Assembly (NCBI RefSeq): GCF_009914755.1
Contig: NC_060928.1
DNA from: the human T2T-CHM13v2.0 reference genome, Homo sapiens
Direction: 5' to 3' (one strand)
Length of the DNA stretch: 64,000 bases
Numbering within the stretch: position 1 is the stretch's first letter; every line of letters starts with the position of its first letter. Both the position numbers and the translations under genes were made by a program. Under the pieces are notes generated by a model. That model worked only from the letters and a program-made list of their open reading frames with translations, was not told the origin of the DNA and ran no database searches. Shown in pieces: positions 1-13,780 of the stretch.

Positions 1-895
1 ACTGTTGCCTGTCATCTAAGCGAATTGGAAATGCTGAGCTTCCATAAGTCAGCTGAGTTTTAAAGGTAAACGTTATGGCTGAAGTAGTAAAGCACCTGAC
101 CACAAAACCTCTTGTAAAAACAGCCCTGAGTAGGTATTTCCAGGGCTCCACAAAGTTGCTTATGGGAATCCTGAGCTGCTTTTCACCATCTCAAGAAGCC
201 TAAGAAGTTATATATTTAATCAGGTAGACAAAACAGTTCAAAGCATAAGGTCCATGGTGGTGGAAAATGGATGCAAGTGATTCTAAGTTTGTGGATTTGT
301 GGATAGCAGAGGGATCGGGACCTCTTGGAGGAACCCTGGGTACCAAGCTCCCAGGCCCTTCCTCTATCATGGATGCTGGGTGACTTTGGGAAGTCACCAC
401 CTCTTCCCAAGCCTGTTTCCCATATCACAGATGTGGGGCCATGGCCTCGATGATGGTCTCCACAGGTCTTTCCACCTCTGTGAGTCCAAGTCAGGTCAAT
501 CAGCAAGGACCCATCTCTGCCCTGGGTCAGCTCCTCAGAACCAACCCCCAGCATCTCTAAAGCAAAAGCCTCACCTCAAGGGCTGCTCAGAAGAGAGCAC
601 CTTCAGCATGAGTTGTTGCTGGAAGATCTAATAAGCTGTGTTTCCTGGGAAGTGGTGCTTTACTTAGCCCTGTGGACAACTTCTCTATGCATCTGTGTGA
701 GCAGATGATCATTGTATTACCTTTTATCGGTAGTAAGCTTGGAAAAATAATTTAAGAATACAATGGAGAAATGTAAATAAGTATCTATGTAAATTTGTTT
801 AAAATAAACTGAATGTATTTAATGGTCCATTTATATGTTCTTTTATGTAACATGTAGTTTAATAAAGTTCCTGTTTATGAGAGTCATGTTTCATC
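1..895 (+). other. Terminal part of an mRNA 3' UTR (gene not identified; coding part lies upstream of the window)
   Basis: Nearly repeat-free sequence that becomes AU-rich at 720-870 and ends in canonical polyadenylation architecture. The 3' UTR assignment is inference. Confidence 0.7.
375..438 (+). mobile_element. MIR core fragment inside the putative 3' UTR
   Basis: tgactttgggaagtcaccacctcttcccaagcctgtttcccatatcacagatgtgggg resembles the MIR core. Confidence 0.55.
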
Positions 896-925
896 TCAGC
901 TTCTTCCATGGATGTGTCTGTGTGA
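803..925 (+). terminator. Polyadenylation signals: AATAAA at 803-808 and 861-866, with upstream UGUA and downstream GU-rich element
   Basis: AATAAA x2; TGTA at 846-849 and 853-856; CA dinucleotides ~20-30 nt after the distal hexamer; tgtgtctgtgtg at 913-924. Confidence 0.7.
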
Positions 926-2837
926 TCTTGCTGGGAGAGTATTCAATTTCCTGCCCAGAGAGAAGCAGAGATCCAGGAGGCTAGGGAGGGTTGGGATACA
1001 GCTGACTTGTCCTCCAAAGGCTCAAGAGCCTAAATGAGGCTGTTGGCTGTGTGTCTTCTTGATAGCACAGAACCTGCTCATAATTGAGGGCTTAGGGAGT
1101 GGGCCTTGCCCCAGGCCGTGGGGATGTAACCCCGCCTCTGACACGCAGGCTGTCGATGGAGTGCGCAGCTCACGTTATTCCATGCTGAGCTGAGTTTTTT
1201 GTCATCTCCGTGGGCCTGGCAAGTCTAGATGGTGTCCTGGGTGTCCTGCATTTTGGTTCAGGACACCATTAGGAAATCACAACTCACCTCATGGCTGACT
1301 CAGGAATGAGCAGAGAGGAGGGAGAGATGGCTTAATATGACCGGCATTGTGCATATTTGAAAAGGAGTGGCGATTGTGCCTCAGATACACCTCATACCTC
1401 GGATTATGTCATGTTTCAGTCCTAGCTACTTGCCTGCTTTATCTGAAGTGGGCTAGAGGAACATCCCTGGGTCAGAATCAGCAGATGAGAGTAAATTATG
1501 TTCTTGTTGGGAGTTGCTGCTTGCTCCCTGAACATGTGGAAGTTGGTCTTGTCTGTGTTATAAGCAGTTTGGGACACCAGACTCCTCCCTAAACCTTCAG
1601 TCCTGCTGCTCAAGGGATTACTGACATGTACTGCCCCCGTCCCCCCACCAAGAAAGCTTTTTATTTTTCTAATGGGTCTCAAGTAATCTTCCATTTCTCC
1701 TTCCCTTTTATTTTATGGCTTTCATAAAGAATCTGTGGCTTCATCCTCCTAAAGAAATTCATTAAATTAAAGGGGCCACCATCTCCTAATTGTTCATTCA
1801 AGACTGCATATTTATGTGTTAGGGTGAGGGACCCCAGAAGACTTTGGAAGAACTATTAATCCACCTTCGGGGGTGTGTACATTTGTGAATTTCTGCCTCT
1901 AAGGGTGCAGTATCCTTTCCCTAGCTCCCCCCGTATGGCAATGATGACATTTTGCAATTTTACAGAATTTTCCATTGAAACTTAAACTTAATTCATCATT
2001 ATATTTTTGCTGCATGCTCCAACCCTGTCAGAAAAATAGAAGAGAGAATTTTTTTGGTGCGTGTCCCCAAACACATATAATCATCAAATGTATAAACCAA
2101 ATTTGAATAAAGGACATTGCATCTGATCACTCATTAAGTGCTGCTTAAAATTATTTGGGCTGTGAGCACAAACAAACTGGGGCACCGGGGTCTCTGCAAA
2201 ATCACCCTGCTCAGCATCTGTGGGGAAAGAATGCATAGCTCAGGCCGAATCTGCGGCAGGGTGGAAAACACAACCCAGAGCACCCGCTCCTCAGGGCTTT
2301 TCGTCCACTAATATCTCCCGGTTTGGATGTCCCACAGCTCACTGGATCTCCTAAGTGAAGACAAGAGTAACGTGGTAGTTGAAGAAAACGGCTTTTCTGT
2401 CTGCTGGGCCAGAGCTCTGCAATGGGGCTTTTGGCTTCCTGATTGGTAGGTAGGACAATTGGACTGGCCGCAAGCAGCATTCATAGTTGTTCATTCACAG
2501 ACCCTTTACCAAGGGCCCACCAGAAGCCTGACATCCCTGACTATGAGCTGTGGAGGGAGGCACCTGGGCGTTTCAGGGAGGATGCCTATTCCAGGTTCTC
2601 ACTGATGGAGTCGTGCCAGGCTCCTGGAGTCAGGTCCTGGGCTTTCCCCTGCCCCCCTCAGAAACACACTAAAGGGCTGAGTCATGCAGGCAGTCCCCAG
2701 CTCACAAGCAGAGGATGTTCCCCAAGTTTGCTTGCGGTGAGATTTGAGGATTTCAGAATGCCCTTTCCCAGAGCAACCATGTCATGCATTATGGGTATGT
2801 TTTCAGGATAGCACATTAGAAAACTATTTAACCTGTC

Positions 2838-3193
2838 CGCTGTGGTCTGAATGTTTGCTCCCCCTCAAATTCCTGTGTTGAAATCCTAACCCCCAAGGAG
2901 GTAGGATTAGGAGGTGGGGCTTTTGGGGAGTGATTAGGTCATGACCTGGAGCCCTCATGAATGGGATTAATGCCCTTATAAAGAAGGCCCGAGGACGCGC
3001 AAGCATCCCTTCCACCATGTGAGGACACAGCAAGAAGTGACCGTCCGTGAACGGGTTCTCACCAAACATTGGGTTTGTCAGTGCTCTGATCTTAAACTTC
3101 CCAGCCTCTAGAACTGTGAAAAATACATTTCTGTTGTTTGTAAGACCTTAGGTCTATGGTATTCTGTTATAGCAGCCCAGGCGGCCTAAGACG
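2838..3193 (+). mobile_element. MaLR solo LTR, MLT1A-like
   Basis: Begins gctgtggtctgaatgtttg...cccctcaaattc and ends gttatagcagcccag...ctaagac, typical of MLT1A. Confidence 0.85.
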
Positions 3194-3814
3194 CCAGGTG
3201 TGGGTAGATTACACCACAGGAATTTCTACAGAAGAGAAGCTCACTTACAGCAGTGTTCCTGAGGGAAAAGGTCAGGAGTGCCGGGAATGTTTCTCTTCTA
3301 CCTCCTGCCATCAAGTGGAGGTGAAGGCACTGCAGCTTCAGGGCACTGGTGACCGGAGGAGTGGTGTCCACTCTCCACTGCTGGAGAAGAAAAGATCTCT
3401 CTGCTCTTGAGGTGGGGCTGAATGCAGAGGCAGACACAGGGGTTTCCATCTCCCAGGACAACTCCAGGAAACATGGGTCATTTCTATAACTGCAATTGCC
3501 TTTTGGCTGTTCTTCCTAACAGAGAGCACACTGGGCCAACAGAAGGGTGCACATCCTCTGCCTTCATTTTCTGGGAGGGAGGCTGGATTCAGCCTAGCCT
3601 GCTAGACAACTAATGAGAAGGTGGCAGAGGCTGTGGGGAGGCCACCTGTGTGGCCAGGGCCGTGGACCCATGAGCCAAGGCTAGCTGGTAGCTGGGGAAG
3701 TGAGCCACCTTGGTGAGAGCTGGGATGTTCACTGCAGGTGGTGAGCTTTCCTCGGTGCTCCTGACTTGACAGTGTTGGAGCATCCAGTGGCACTCACAGC
3801 ATGGAGTGCTCCTG

Positions 3815-3958
3815 CGCACAGCAGGATTACTTGGGGGTGGTGATTCCTAGTCCCACCCCAGACTCACAAGCCAGAATCTTTCTGATGGGCCCCCAGATTT
3901 TCACTTTAGCAATTTTCCACTGATTCATTTTCCCTTCTGCTGTTGAGACCCACTAAGC
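3815..3958. mobile_element. MER5-like hAT-Charlie fragment
   Basis: gattcctagtcccaccccagac...cagaatct...gttgagacccact resembles a degenerate MER5. Confidence 0.45.
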
Positions 3959-4913
3959 TGGAGAGAGGCAAGAAGGCAGACTGGTAAGAATTCCACGATT
4001 CCCATGCAGGCTAATGAGCTGTTCTCCATGCTGGACCCCTCTTAGAGCCTCTGTCCAGGCAATGTAGGTGTGTTTCACTCTGAGCAAGCAAGACAGAAGC
4101 ATTTACTCTGAGCTCAGCATCCGATTAAGAGGAGAGCTGCCTCAAAGGAGTCTGGGGAGCTGGTCTAACTTAGACCTTAAAACATAAAGACTTGCAGTCA
4201 TATGCATGGCCACCGAGAGTCTGGAGCTCTCAGTCACACAACATTAGAGCTTCCATAACAATGGCTCCTGGGGGAACATTGGAAGTGACACTTCACTAGC
4301 ATCTTGCCATAGCTGCCCTTTGGACAGATTATAATTTAGTGTATGTGAAGCATTTTACTAACAAGTGCTGAACAATGCCACACCCCTGTCTGAGTACCCC
4401 AGTAAGAATTTTTTCAGCAAAGCTATTCTTTGGAACCCTGTTCCCTGGACTTCATGGGTGTTGGAGCTTTCCACAGCCTTCACGAGGATCACTTCAACTT
4501 GGGCCTTGGGAGCCCCATCTAGCAGCTTTGGTTCCTTCCCTCTTGCTCTGTGCTGGGGCCAGGCAGGCCGGCATCTGCCCTGACCTCACCGGTCAGGAAG
4601 GGGGTGGGATGCAGCTCTCCAGGGTGCTGACTCAGAATGCAGGCAGAAGAAGGGATGCGGCAAGACAGGCTCCCACCCTATTTTAGGATGTGGAAACCCT
4701 CCCCGGAAGAAGGACTGAGCCTGATTCTTTCCAAAGTGGCCAGCATAGAATAATTGACCATTTTCCCACTCCCGTGCTGTCAATGGCTGCTCATCAGTCT
4801 GACAAGGTTGTTGGAAGAATCTGGACAGTCTTGCTACGTTCAGGGACGGTCTTGCTAGCCTAGGCAAGTGCTGAAGAAGGGTTTGAGCTATATTTGAATG
4901 AAAACGATAGTTC

Positions 4914-5030
4914 AGCCAGGCTCAGTGGTACACGCCTGTAATCCTAGCTACTTGGAGCCCAGGAGTCTGAGACCAGCCTGGGAAACCTAGTGAGACCCCA
5001 TCTAAAAAAAAAAAAAAGAAAAAAAAGAAA
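4914..5030 (+). mobile_element. Alu monomer (FLAM-like) with internal deletion
   Basis: Alu left-arm sequence and A tail; flanks aaaacgatagttca / aaaatgatgattca resemble a decayed TSD. Confidence 0.85.
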
Positions 5031-5500
5031 ATGATGATTCAGCTTTGGAAGCTGCCTCAGCAGAAAGAACAGTGCCTCCATTCAGCTATGGCTGAGTGGA
5101 GCCGTCAGCTTCCCATTGGCTTTATTTCCTTCTTTCCCAAGGCACAAGAGGTTCCCACCAGCTGATTCATCCCCAGGGAGGAGAGGGAAGAGGTGGGCTC
5201 CCTGCAGGGCAGGCTTCTTCACCACTGCTGAGAGACAGAGGCAGCAGAACAGCTTCCCCACCCCCACAGGGCCTCCTACTCCCAAGTTCAAGATCGACTC
5301 CAATACAATAGAACTGGAGTCACTAGATAAGCAGCGGGGTAAAGTGTCTAATTGTTCTCAGCTCTTTCTCAAGCCCCTGCTTTTCTCAACCAGCTCACAA
5401 TGGGTTGAACTCTGGCTGGAGCTTGTCTTCCAAGAAGCTCGTGGCTTTGCACACAGTTACTCACCACATTCCTGCTGTCCTAGTGACCAAGCAGGAGGTG

Positions 5501-5580
5501 AAACGTCATTCCCATTTGTCAAATATCATTCCCACTTGTCAAACATCATTCCCACTTGTCAAACATCATTCCCACTTGTC
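5501..5580. repeat. Minisatellite, 4 x 20 bp (aaacatcattcccacttgtc)
   Basis: Four head-to-tail units are directly visible; the last two are identical. Confidence 0.97.
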
Positions 5581-6055
5581 AGGGAGGAATTCCTTCCAGG
5601 AGTTGTGAAGGGGGAACTTGTGAACCAGTGGTTCCGTGTGGCTAGCATTGGCAATGTTCCTGGAACGATAGCACCAGAATGAGGCCCACCTGGTCACTGG
5701 ACACTGTCCTCAGCCCTGGAACCTCCCTTTCAGGAGGAACCTTGATGAGCTGGAGTAAGACGAGGAGAATGACCAGGCAGTCAGAGTGTGGGCACCATGC
5801 TTCACGGTGAGCAACTGAGGCTGCCAAGACCATTTAAGCTTAAAAAAGGCTAATAAGAACCTAGTGGTGTTATTAATCTTATTCTGTGTTGTTCCAAAAC
5901 ACAACAGAGATAAATCCTCAGGGTCAGGATGAGTTCATGCCAAAGCTGCACATCTACCTACCTCCCTGGGCTGGAGGCCTCAAAGCCCCTTCCACTGGGA
6001 TACTTGAACTTGTGAAATGACTGCCCCAAACTCAGTTGCTGGGCTGATCAAGTAG

Positions 6056-6495
<440 letters not shown>

Positions 6496-6748
6496 TGAGC
6501 AGCTCCTAGGTGTAGGACCCACTGTCACCTTGAATAGCATTTGTACATTCCTCTTGGATTCACCCACATGGCAGAGCTCTGGAGTACAAGGACCGTCACC
6601 TTATAACAGATTCACAGTGGGAGTTAGGAAAAGTCTGTGACTCCTGGAAGTGCTGAGTCTTGCAGGGATTCTGGAAATGAGGTGCTCAGGTCTGTGTTGT
6701 CTAATGGCTCCTCAGAGTCCCAGTCGTCCTCCACCCCAGCTCGAATAC

Positions 6749-6785
6749 GTCTTCTTCTTCTTCTTCTTTTTTTTTTTTTTTTTTT
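6749..6785. repeat. (CTT)n followed by poly-T
   Basis: Directly visible. Confidence 0.85.
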
Positions 6786-6990
6786 CATTTTAAAACATTT
6801 TATCAAGGAGAAATTTGAAGATACACAAAAGTAGAGTGGCATCATTTCACCAAAGAGGAGATATGGATAGCAAATAAGCACATGAAAAGACGCTCCTGAT
6901 TATCATTATCCATTAGGGAAATGCAGATTAAAATCACAATCAAATAGCACCATATACCTATCAGAATGGCTAAAATAAAAAACAATGAGA

Positions 6991-7306
6991 GGCCGGTTGA
7001 GGTGGCTCACGCCTGTAATTCCAATGCTTTGGGATACCGAGGTGAGCAGATCACTTGAGTCCAGGGATTTGAGACCAGTTTGGCCAATATGGTGAAACCC
7101 CATCTCTACCCAAAAATACAACAATTAGCCGAGCATCGGGGTGCACAACTGTAGTCCCAGCTACTCAGGAGGCTGCAGTGGGAGGAGCACTTGAACCTAG
7201 GAAGCGGAGGTTGCAGTGAGCCCAGATCACACTACTATACTCCAGCCTGGGCAACGGAGTGAGATTGCATCTCAAAAAAAACCAAACCAAAACAAAACAA
7301 AAAAAC
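6991..7306 (+). mobile_element. Alu (old J/S type) inserted in L1
   Basis: Full Alu dimer with (CAAAA)n tail. Confidence 0.95.
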
Positions 7307-7942
7307 AGGGACAACATCAAATGTTGGAGAAGGTGCAGAAAAACAGGATCACTCATACATTGACTGGTGGGAATTGAAAATGGTAGAGTCCCTATGAACA
7401 GCAGTTTGACAGTTTCTTACATGCAGCCATAAAACCCAGCAATTGTTCGACCTGGCATATGTGCCAGAGAAATGAAGACCTAAGTTCATGCAAAAGCATG
7501 TACACTTTTATAGCAAATTTATCTATAATAGCTAATAACAAGAAACAATCCAGAAGCCCTATAACAGGCCAATGGGTAAATAAACTGTGGTGTATTCATA
7601 TAATGGAATACTACTCAGCAATAGCAAGAAATGAACTATGGATACATGCAAACACCTGGGTTAATTTCCACAGAATTATGCTGAGTGAAGAAAAGCCAAT
7701 CACAAGAGGTTACATACTGTATAATTCCATTTGTACGCCATTCTTAGAATAACAAAATTATAGAAATGGAGAACAAAGTAGTGGCTATAAAAGGGTGACA
7801 CGAGGGATCCTTGTATTGATGGAAATGTTCTGTAGCTTCACTGCATCAATGCCAATATCCCGATTGTAAGATTGTACTCTGGTTTTGCAATATGTTGCCA
7901 TTGGGGGAAACTAGGTGAAGGGTATAAAAAATCTCTCTGTAG

Positions 7943-8495
<553 letters not shown>

Positions 8496-8570
8496 GGGGT
8501 CTACTATTTTCTAAGAATACAAACCTTAATTTAAAAAAGTCTTAGGGCATATAAAAATAAAGCAACATTA

Positions 8571-8987
<417 letters not shown>

Positions 8988-10194
8988 TTAGTTTCATAAT
9001 CAGTAGATGCAAAAACCAAAGAAAATATTCTGAAAAGAATCTGGACACCAATAATGAAAGCAACAAAAACACAGAACTCTTTCTACTTATCACAGGCTCT
9101 TATGAGAATTACGGTTAAATTTTTAAAAATCAGAAAATAAAAGTAATGTTAAAATGGCATTAACAAAAGGCAGCTCATTGGTAGCAAGGCCCCAGGGGAG
9201 CCATGCGTTCACAAACTAGACTGATGGTGTGGTTTTTTAAAGCCAACTTAAAACTGGCAATTACAAACATAACGAATTCGATTATAAGAAAATATGGAAA
9301 CTTATGATGAGAATTTACAATAATGACAAGTGAAAGCTCAGAGAAGCAACATGAAAAGCGTCAGCCAGCTCAAATGCTTCCCTCCATCATCTTTCCTCTG
9401 ACCCCTGGCCTTGGAATAGATCTTTCCCTCTCTTGAGCTCTTGGAGCACCTGGGGTCATCACACTGATCCCCACTTGCCTGGCTCGACAGTTGTTCTGTT
9501 TGTTTGGCTGCTGAACTGGGCAGTGACCTTCTCAGGGTGTGTGTGTGTTGAGGGGGTATATTTTTTCATCTGTGGAGCTCTCCAGGACACAGTGAGGGCC
9601 AGCATTAAGTGGGTGCTCACCGTGTGCAGGCTGATGGAATTGAATACACGAAGGGAAGACGCTGGGATCTCCCTGGTCCTGGGGGATCACATGATCAAGA
9701 CCCACTGCCCAGGGCCCTGCTCATGATCAGATCTCTGCCTCTGCCTGGGCTTGGCCTCGGCGGGAAAAGGTGACAGCACCCAGGGCTTCTGTTGAAAGCT
9801 CCCATAGAGGGAGCAAAGAAATGGCTTCTGGTAGGGGAGGGTCCTTTGAGGCCAGAAAAGGGACAAGAGCAAAGATAAAGAGAGCACCAAGTGCCCCAGT
9901 CACCTAATCTAGGCTTTACATTGAGAGGAATGGCAAACTCATGGCATCCCAGAAATCCTCAGGCTTGTCAGGAGGCAGCTGGAGTGGCCACAGCCCCCCT
10001 GCAGGCGGCTGCCTCCACCTGTTCTGAATGCCCCTACGCCACACCCTCAAGCCCTGAGCAGGAAGGAGCAGCCATTGTGCATTTCAAGGCATGTCCCACA
10101 TCTGTAGTTTGCAGAGAGCTCACCATATTCCAGGCAATATTGGGAAATGGACAAGCTGGGTGCTTGCCCTCTACCAGCAGCTAGGTAGGGCCAA

Positions 10195-10338
10195 CTAGGC
10201 CATTTATTAGCTATTTGGCCTTAGGCAAATTGCTGAACATCTCTGCTTGGGAACAATAGCTGTATATAATCGCAGAGCAATTGAGAGGGTTAAATGACTA
10301 AATGTGTTGAAACAGTATAAGTGTTTGCCATTATCACT
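10195..10338 (+). mobile_element. MIR
   Basis: tattagctatttggccttaggcaaattgctgaacatctctg...gagagggttaaatga. Confidence 0.6.
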
Positions 10339-11137
10339 CTTCTAGGTCATAGCACAGACATGGCAACTTCTCAGTTGGAAATGCACCCCTGGAGTTCTGC
10401 CTGCCAGACAGAGATGGATGTAGAGACTTGTGTGCATCAGGTGGGGAGTCACAGCAGCCTAATGACTCAAGGCAGTGACCTTTGATGCCTTGATGTCACC
10501 CGTATCTGCTTGGTGACCTTGGGTAGGTCATTGAACCCAGCTATGCCTCTATTTCTGCTTCCTCCTCCACTGGAGAAAGCAAGGCATGGTTCCATGACAC
10601 CTGACAGCACATTAATAGCCAGATTGTGTCTAATTTATTGGATCTATAAAATGCATTTGCTTCCAAAGCCCATGATCTCATCCTCAAGGCCAAAGTCTTC
10701 AGGGGAACCCCTCCCACCCAGGACTCCTGGCATCCCTCCCTCCCGGAGAATGTTTGCCCAACACTTATAAGAATGGAAGGTGCCATCTACATAGCAGCAG
10801 GCACTGTGTCCCTTCAGGGAAAGGTCAAGGGAACACACTGTGCCCAGAGCTCTCCCTTAAGGTCAATAAAGCCCAGCAGAAGAAGGAAGAACAGGGAGGC
10901 TCTGTCTCTGGGGCCCAGGACTCCACCTTGGGATCACCTGCTTCCCAGGCACCACCTGCACTGGTGTGTCCTCCACCCACATTGATGCTGCCACCCCAGC
11001 TGTGAAGAAGGCAAGACAGGAGGGGAGGAGACATTTAGTGCTCCGGTGACTGTGGAGCACTAGCAAAGAGGATGCCACGAGATGTTAGGGAAGGAGCAGA
11101 GGCCTGGAGCTCATGAAACCTCCTGGCCTTGTCGTGG

Positions 11138-11247
11138 GCTGACCTGGGCAGTCACACATCCTCTCTAAATGTCTGTTTCCTCATTCTTCCAAGGGAGGTG
11201 GGCTCAATGCCTAAGTTCCCATCAGGGCTGAAGTTCTTTGATTCTCA
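11138..11247 (+). mobile_element. MIR3-like fragment
   Basis: tgacctgggcagtcac...gtttcctcat...gttcccatcagggctgaagttctttgattct. Confidence 0.5.
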
Positions 11248-11444
11248 TAGCACAGTTCTTGGTAAGAGTGTTAGGGTGTTGACCCCCACTGCGGCCCACC
11301 CCTCTGCTCCAGTGCTCACATCTTATGCCAGTAGCCTCCACCCATCTCCTAGAAGGGTCTCGAACAGCCCTTCCCTCGCTGCTCTTTGTGATCCCTTCCA
11401 GAACCCTGGGGCCTCTTTGAGGACCTGTGAATACTGATGGGTGA

Positions 11445-11625
11445 TGGCATGAGCTTTGGAACAAGACAGACCTGATTGAAATCCCAACTTTGCACCTACT
11501 GATTGGGTTACCTTGGGGAGTCACAGGTTCTCATCTGTAAAACAGTAAAAACCATGCCTACATTTTGGGGTGGTTATTTAAGTGGTGCATAGGAAGTGCT
11601 CAATAAATGGTCAATTGAATTATTA
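11445..11625 (+). mobile_element. MIR
   Basis: gctttggaacaagacagacctg...tcatctgtaaaac...gtgctcaataaatgg. Confidence 0.7.
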
Positions 11626-12104
11626 GGGAAGTCTGTTCTGCGACTATTTCCTGTATGCTTCATGACAATGGCTGGCACTTTGTTCCCTGATGGGGACACA
11701 TGTCAGAAAAATGGTGGCTAGTCAGACAGGCTTACACCCCTGTTCCATCACAAATGAGATACAACCGTAAGATAAAATAATGATGGCTTATCATCCAGCA
11801 CCAAAGGAATTTCCAAAAGAGAAGTTCTCCAAGTACTTTGAGCATACCAGACCATTGCTTCTCACATAAGGGTACACTGTTTGGCTGTTTCTAACAATGA
11901 AACACATCTCTAAGGCTTGTCACCATGGAGGCTTCTTGGAGGAAAGGACCAGGAATCTCCCAGGGACCTCTATCACATTTCAAACCTGTGGCCCTCCCAG
12001 CATGGCTCCGGTGGCTCAGCACAGAGCTTCAGCCTGTTGGATGCTGCTCACGGATGTCAGATGGTGCGGGGCGAGCTGGGAGCCAGCCTGGGTTCCTGGC
12101 TGAT

Positions 12105-12300
12105 TGTCCAGGTTTCTGCTAACTCATTGTGGGACTTAGTGACTAAGCAAGCCACTCGTTCTCTTTGTGCCTCTGCAGCCCAGAATGGAAAGACGGCTTG
12201 CCACCTGCCTATCTCACTGGAGTGTAGTACGGTGAAGGGAGCTCATTTTAAAAGGGCTTTAATCTTGAGTGACAGGTGGCATATTGGAACCAAATAGTGG
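12105..12300 (+). mobile_element. MIR (degenerate)
   Basis: Core-like gtgactaagcaagccactcgttctctttgtgcctc and cctgcctatctcactggagtgt. Confidence 0.45.
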
Positions 12301-12739
12301 TTTTAACCACATAATATTCTTCCCAGGAGCTAACTCTGAATGTTATTTTGCTGTAGATTCAAAATAACATTGCTCCGATATTTATATGTTTATAGCATAT
12401 ATTTATAAACATACACTCAGATGTTCATAAACCTGAGTGTAAACATAGCCATCAGGAAAAAAGGTTCACCTAGCTGTTTCTTTCTTCATTCTGCTGGTTG
12501 ATAAATTGGCCTCCCTGAGAAATTTTCCAACCCCTCAATTCCAACTCAGTCCAGTAACCAATAGAACTGGTGGCATGTCCCATCTACGTCAGGATGGAAT
12601 TTCTAAGAGCTTCAGACTCCAAGTCAGTTGGAACCCCAAACATTTGGAGCTAAATCAAGTAGCACAGGTTATCTTGTCTGCTGACATCTGCTGACTCTGG
12701 TCCCCAGGGAGTTGAAACTAGGGATGCAAAACACATCTG

Positions 12740-12952
12740 TCCTGTTAGAAGTCAGGAGGCCAGGTGGTGACCTGAAAAGGACACAGGGCAGGGAAAGAGG
12801 GATGTGGGGGGAGGGGTTCTGTGGTCTGGCATGGCCTGTGTCATGCATGATCTGGATGCTGATTACTTGGGCGTGTGCAATTCACGAAACTTCATCTTTA
12901 CAATATGTACAATTTTTTCTATGTATATATACAGTGTTTTAATAAAAAAAAA
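12740..12952 (+). mobile_element. Old L1M 3' terminus
   Basis: gttagaagtcagga...gatctggatgctgattacttgggcgtgtgcaatt...tatgtacaattttttctatgtatat...aataaaaaa. Confidence 0.7.
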
Positions 12953-13290
12953 CACACACACACAACAGGGCCATGCAGGATTTGGGGGCATTCATGATGG
13001 AAACCCATTTTGAAGGCTGCTTCTTTGAGAGGCACTCTGACACTTACCGTTCAGACCCCTGCTTCAGGAAAAGTCCTGTCATAAACCTTGACCAACTGCC
13101 CACATTAATACCCTGCTCAATTTCCTTGCCAGCAGCTTTATGGGTCCATGGGTTCCAGCAAAATTTTTGACTTCAGCACATCAACACATCATACCCACAC
13201 TCTGCAGAGGCTTCTGGACGTGTTGTGCTCAGAGCGAATGCTGAAAAGGCTGTGGGAAAGATTGGGCCTCTAAAGGCCCTCAGCCCCGCA

Positions 13291-13380
13291 ATGACGTCAT
13301 TTCCTCCAGCCAGCATGCACTCCCATTAGAGCCGTCATTTCCTCCAGGTTCTGTGCTTACCTGCCCAGGTGAGTCAATGA
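13291..13380. promoter_or_regulatory. Candidate enhancer core: CRE/ETS composite plus AP-1
   Basis: ATGACGTCAT at 13291-13300 overlapping TTTCCT; 15-bp repeat cgtcatttcctccag; TGAGTCA at 13370-13376. Motif evidence only. Confidence 0.5.
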
Positions 13381-13684
13381 GCTCATCTGAGGTTTGAGGC
13401 GGTTGTCCTGGAAAGAGAAAAAACACTAAACAACAAACATGAAGTAGTACCTGTGCCTCCCGCCCCCTAGGAGGCCTTCACCTTGAACTTCACATAGGAA
13501 AGGCCAGCTAATGCCAGTGCGTGACTTCAGACTGGGCACTCATGTGCTGAGATAAACACGGCCAAGCCCTTTAAACAAACATTGTGGAAATGTTAGGCCG
13601 AGCGGTCAGAAAATGGAACCAGGCAGAGGATGGGACACAGGGAGTGTCAGCTGGGGGCTAGAATCTTCTCCTGCCACCAAGGAG

Positions 13685-13780
13685 CCGTGTGACTGGGGCA
13701 ACTCACCTGCCTTCTCTGGGCCTTGAGTTCCTTAACCCAAAAGTAAGAAATTGGGTCAGAGTAATTTCTAAGTTCCCTGA
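13685..13780 (+). mobile_element. MIR3-like fragment
   Basis: gtgtgactggggcaactcacctgccttctctgggccttgagttcctt...tctaagttccct. Confidence 0.5.

Noticed and set aside
1-900. Assigning a gene symbol to the 3' UTR
   Set aside because: No coding sequence is in the window and I do not reliably recognise the UTR; a BLAT search is required.
5501-5580. Possible CRISPR-like array
   Set aside because: Units are head-to-tail with no spacers, the context is eukaryotic and there are no cas genes.
5116-5682. 188-aa ORF spanning the 20-bp minisatellite
   Set aside because: Non-ATG start, no recognisable domain, and the 20-bp unit is not frame-preserving.
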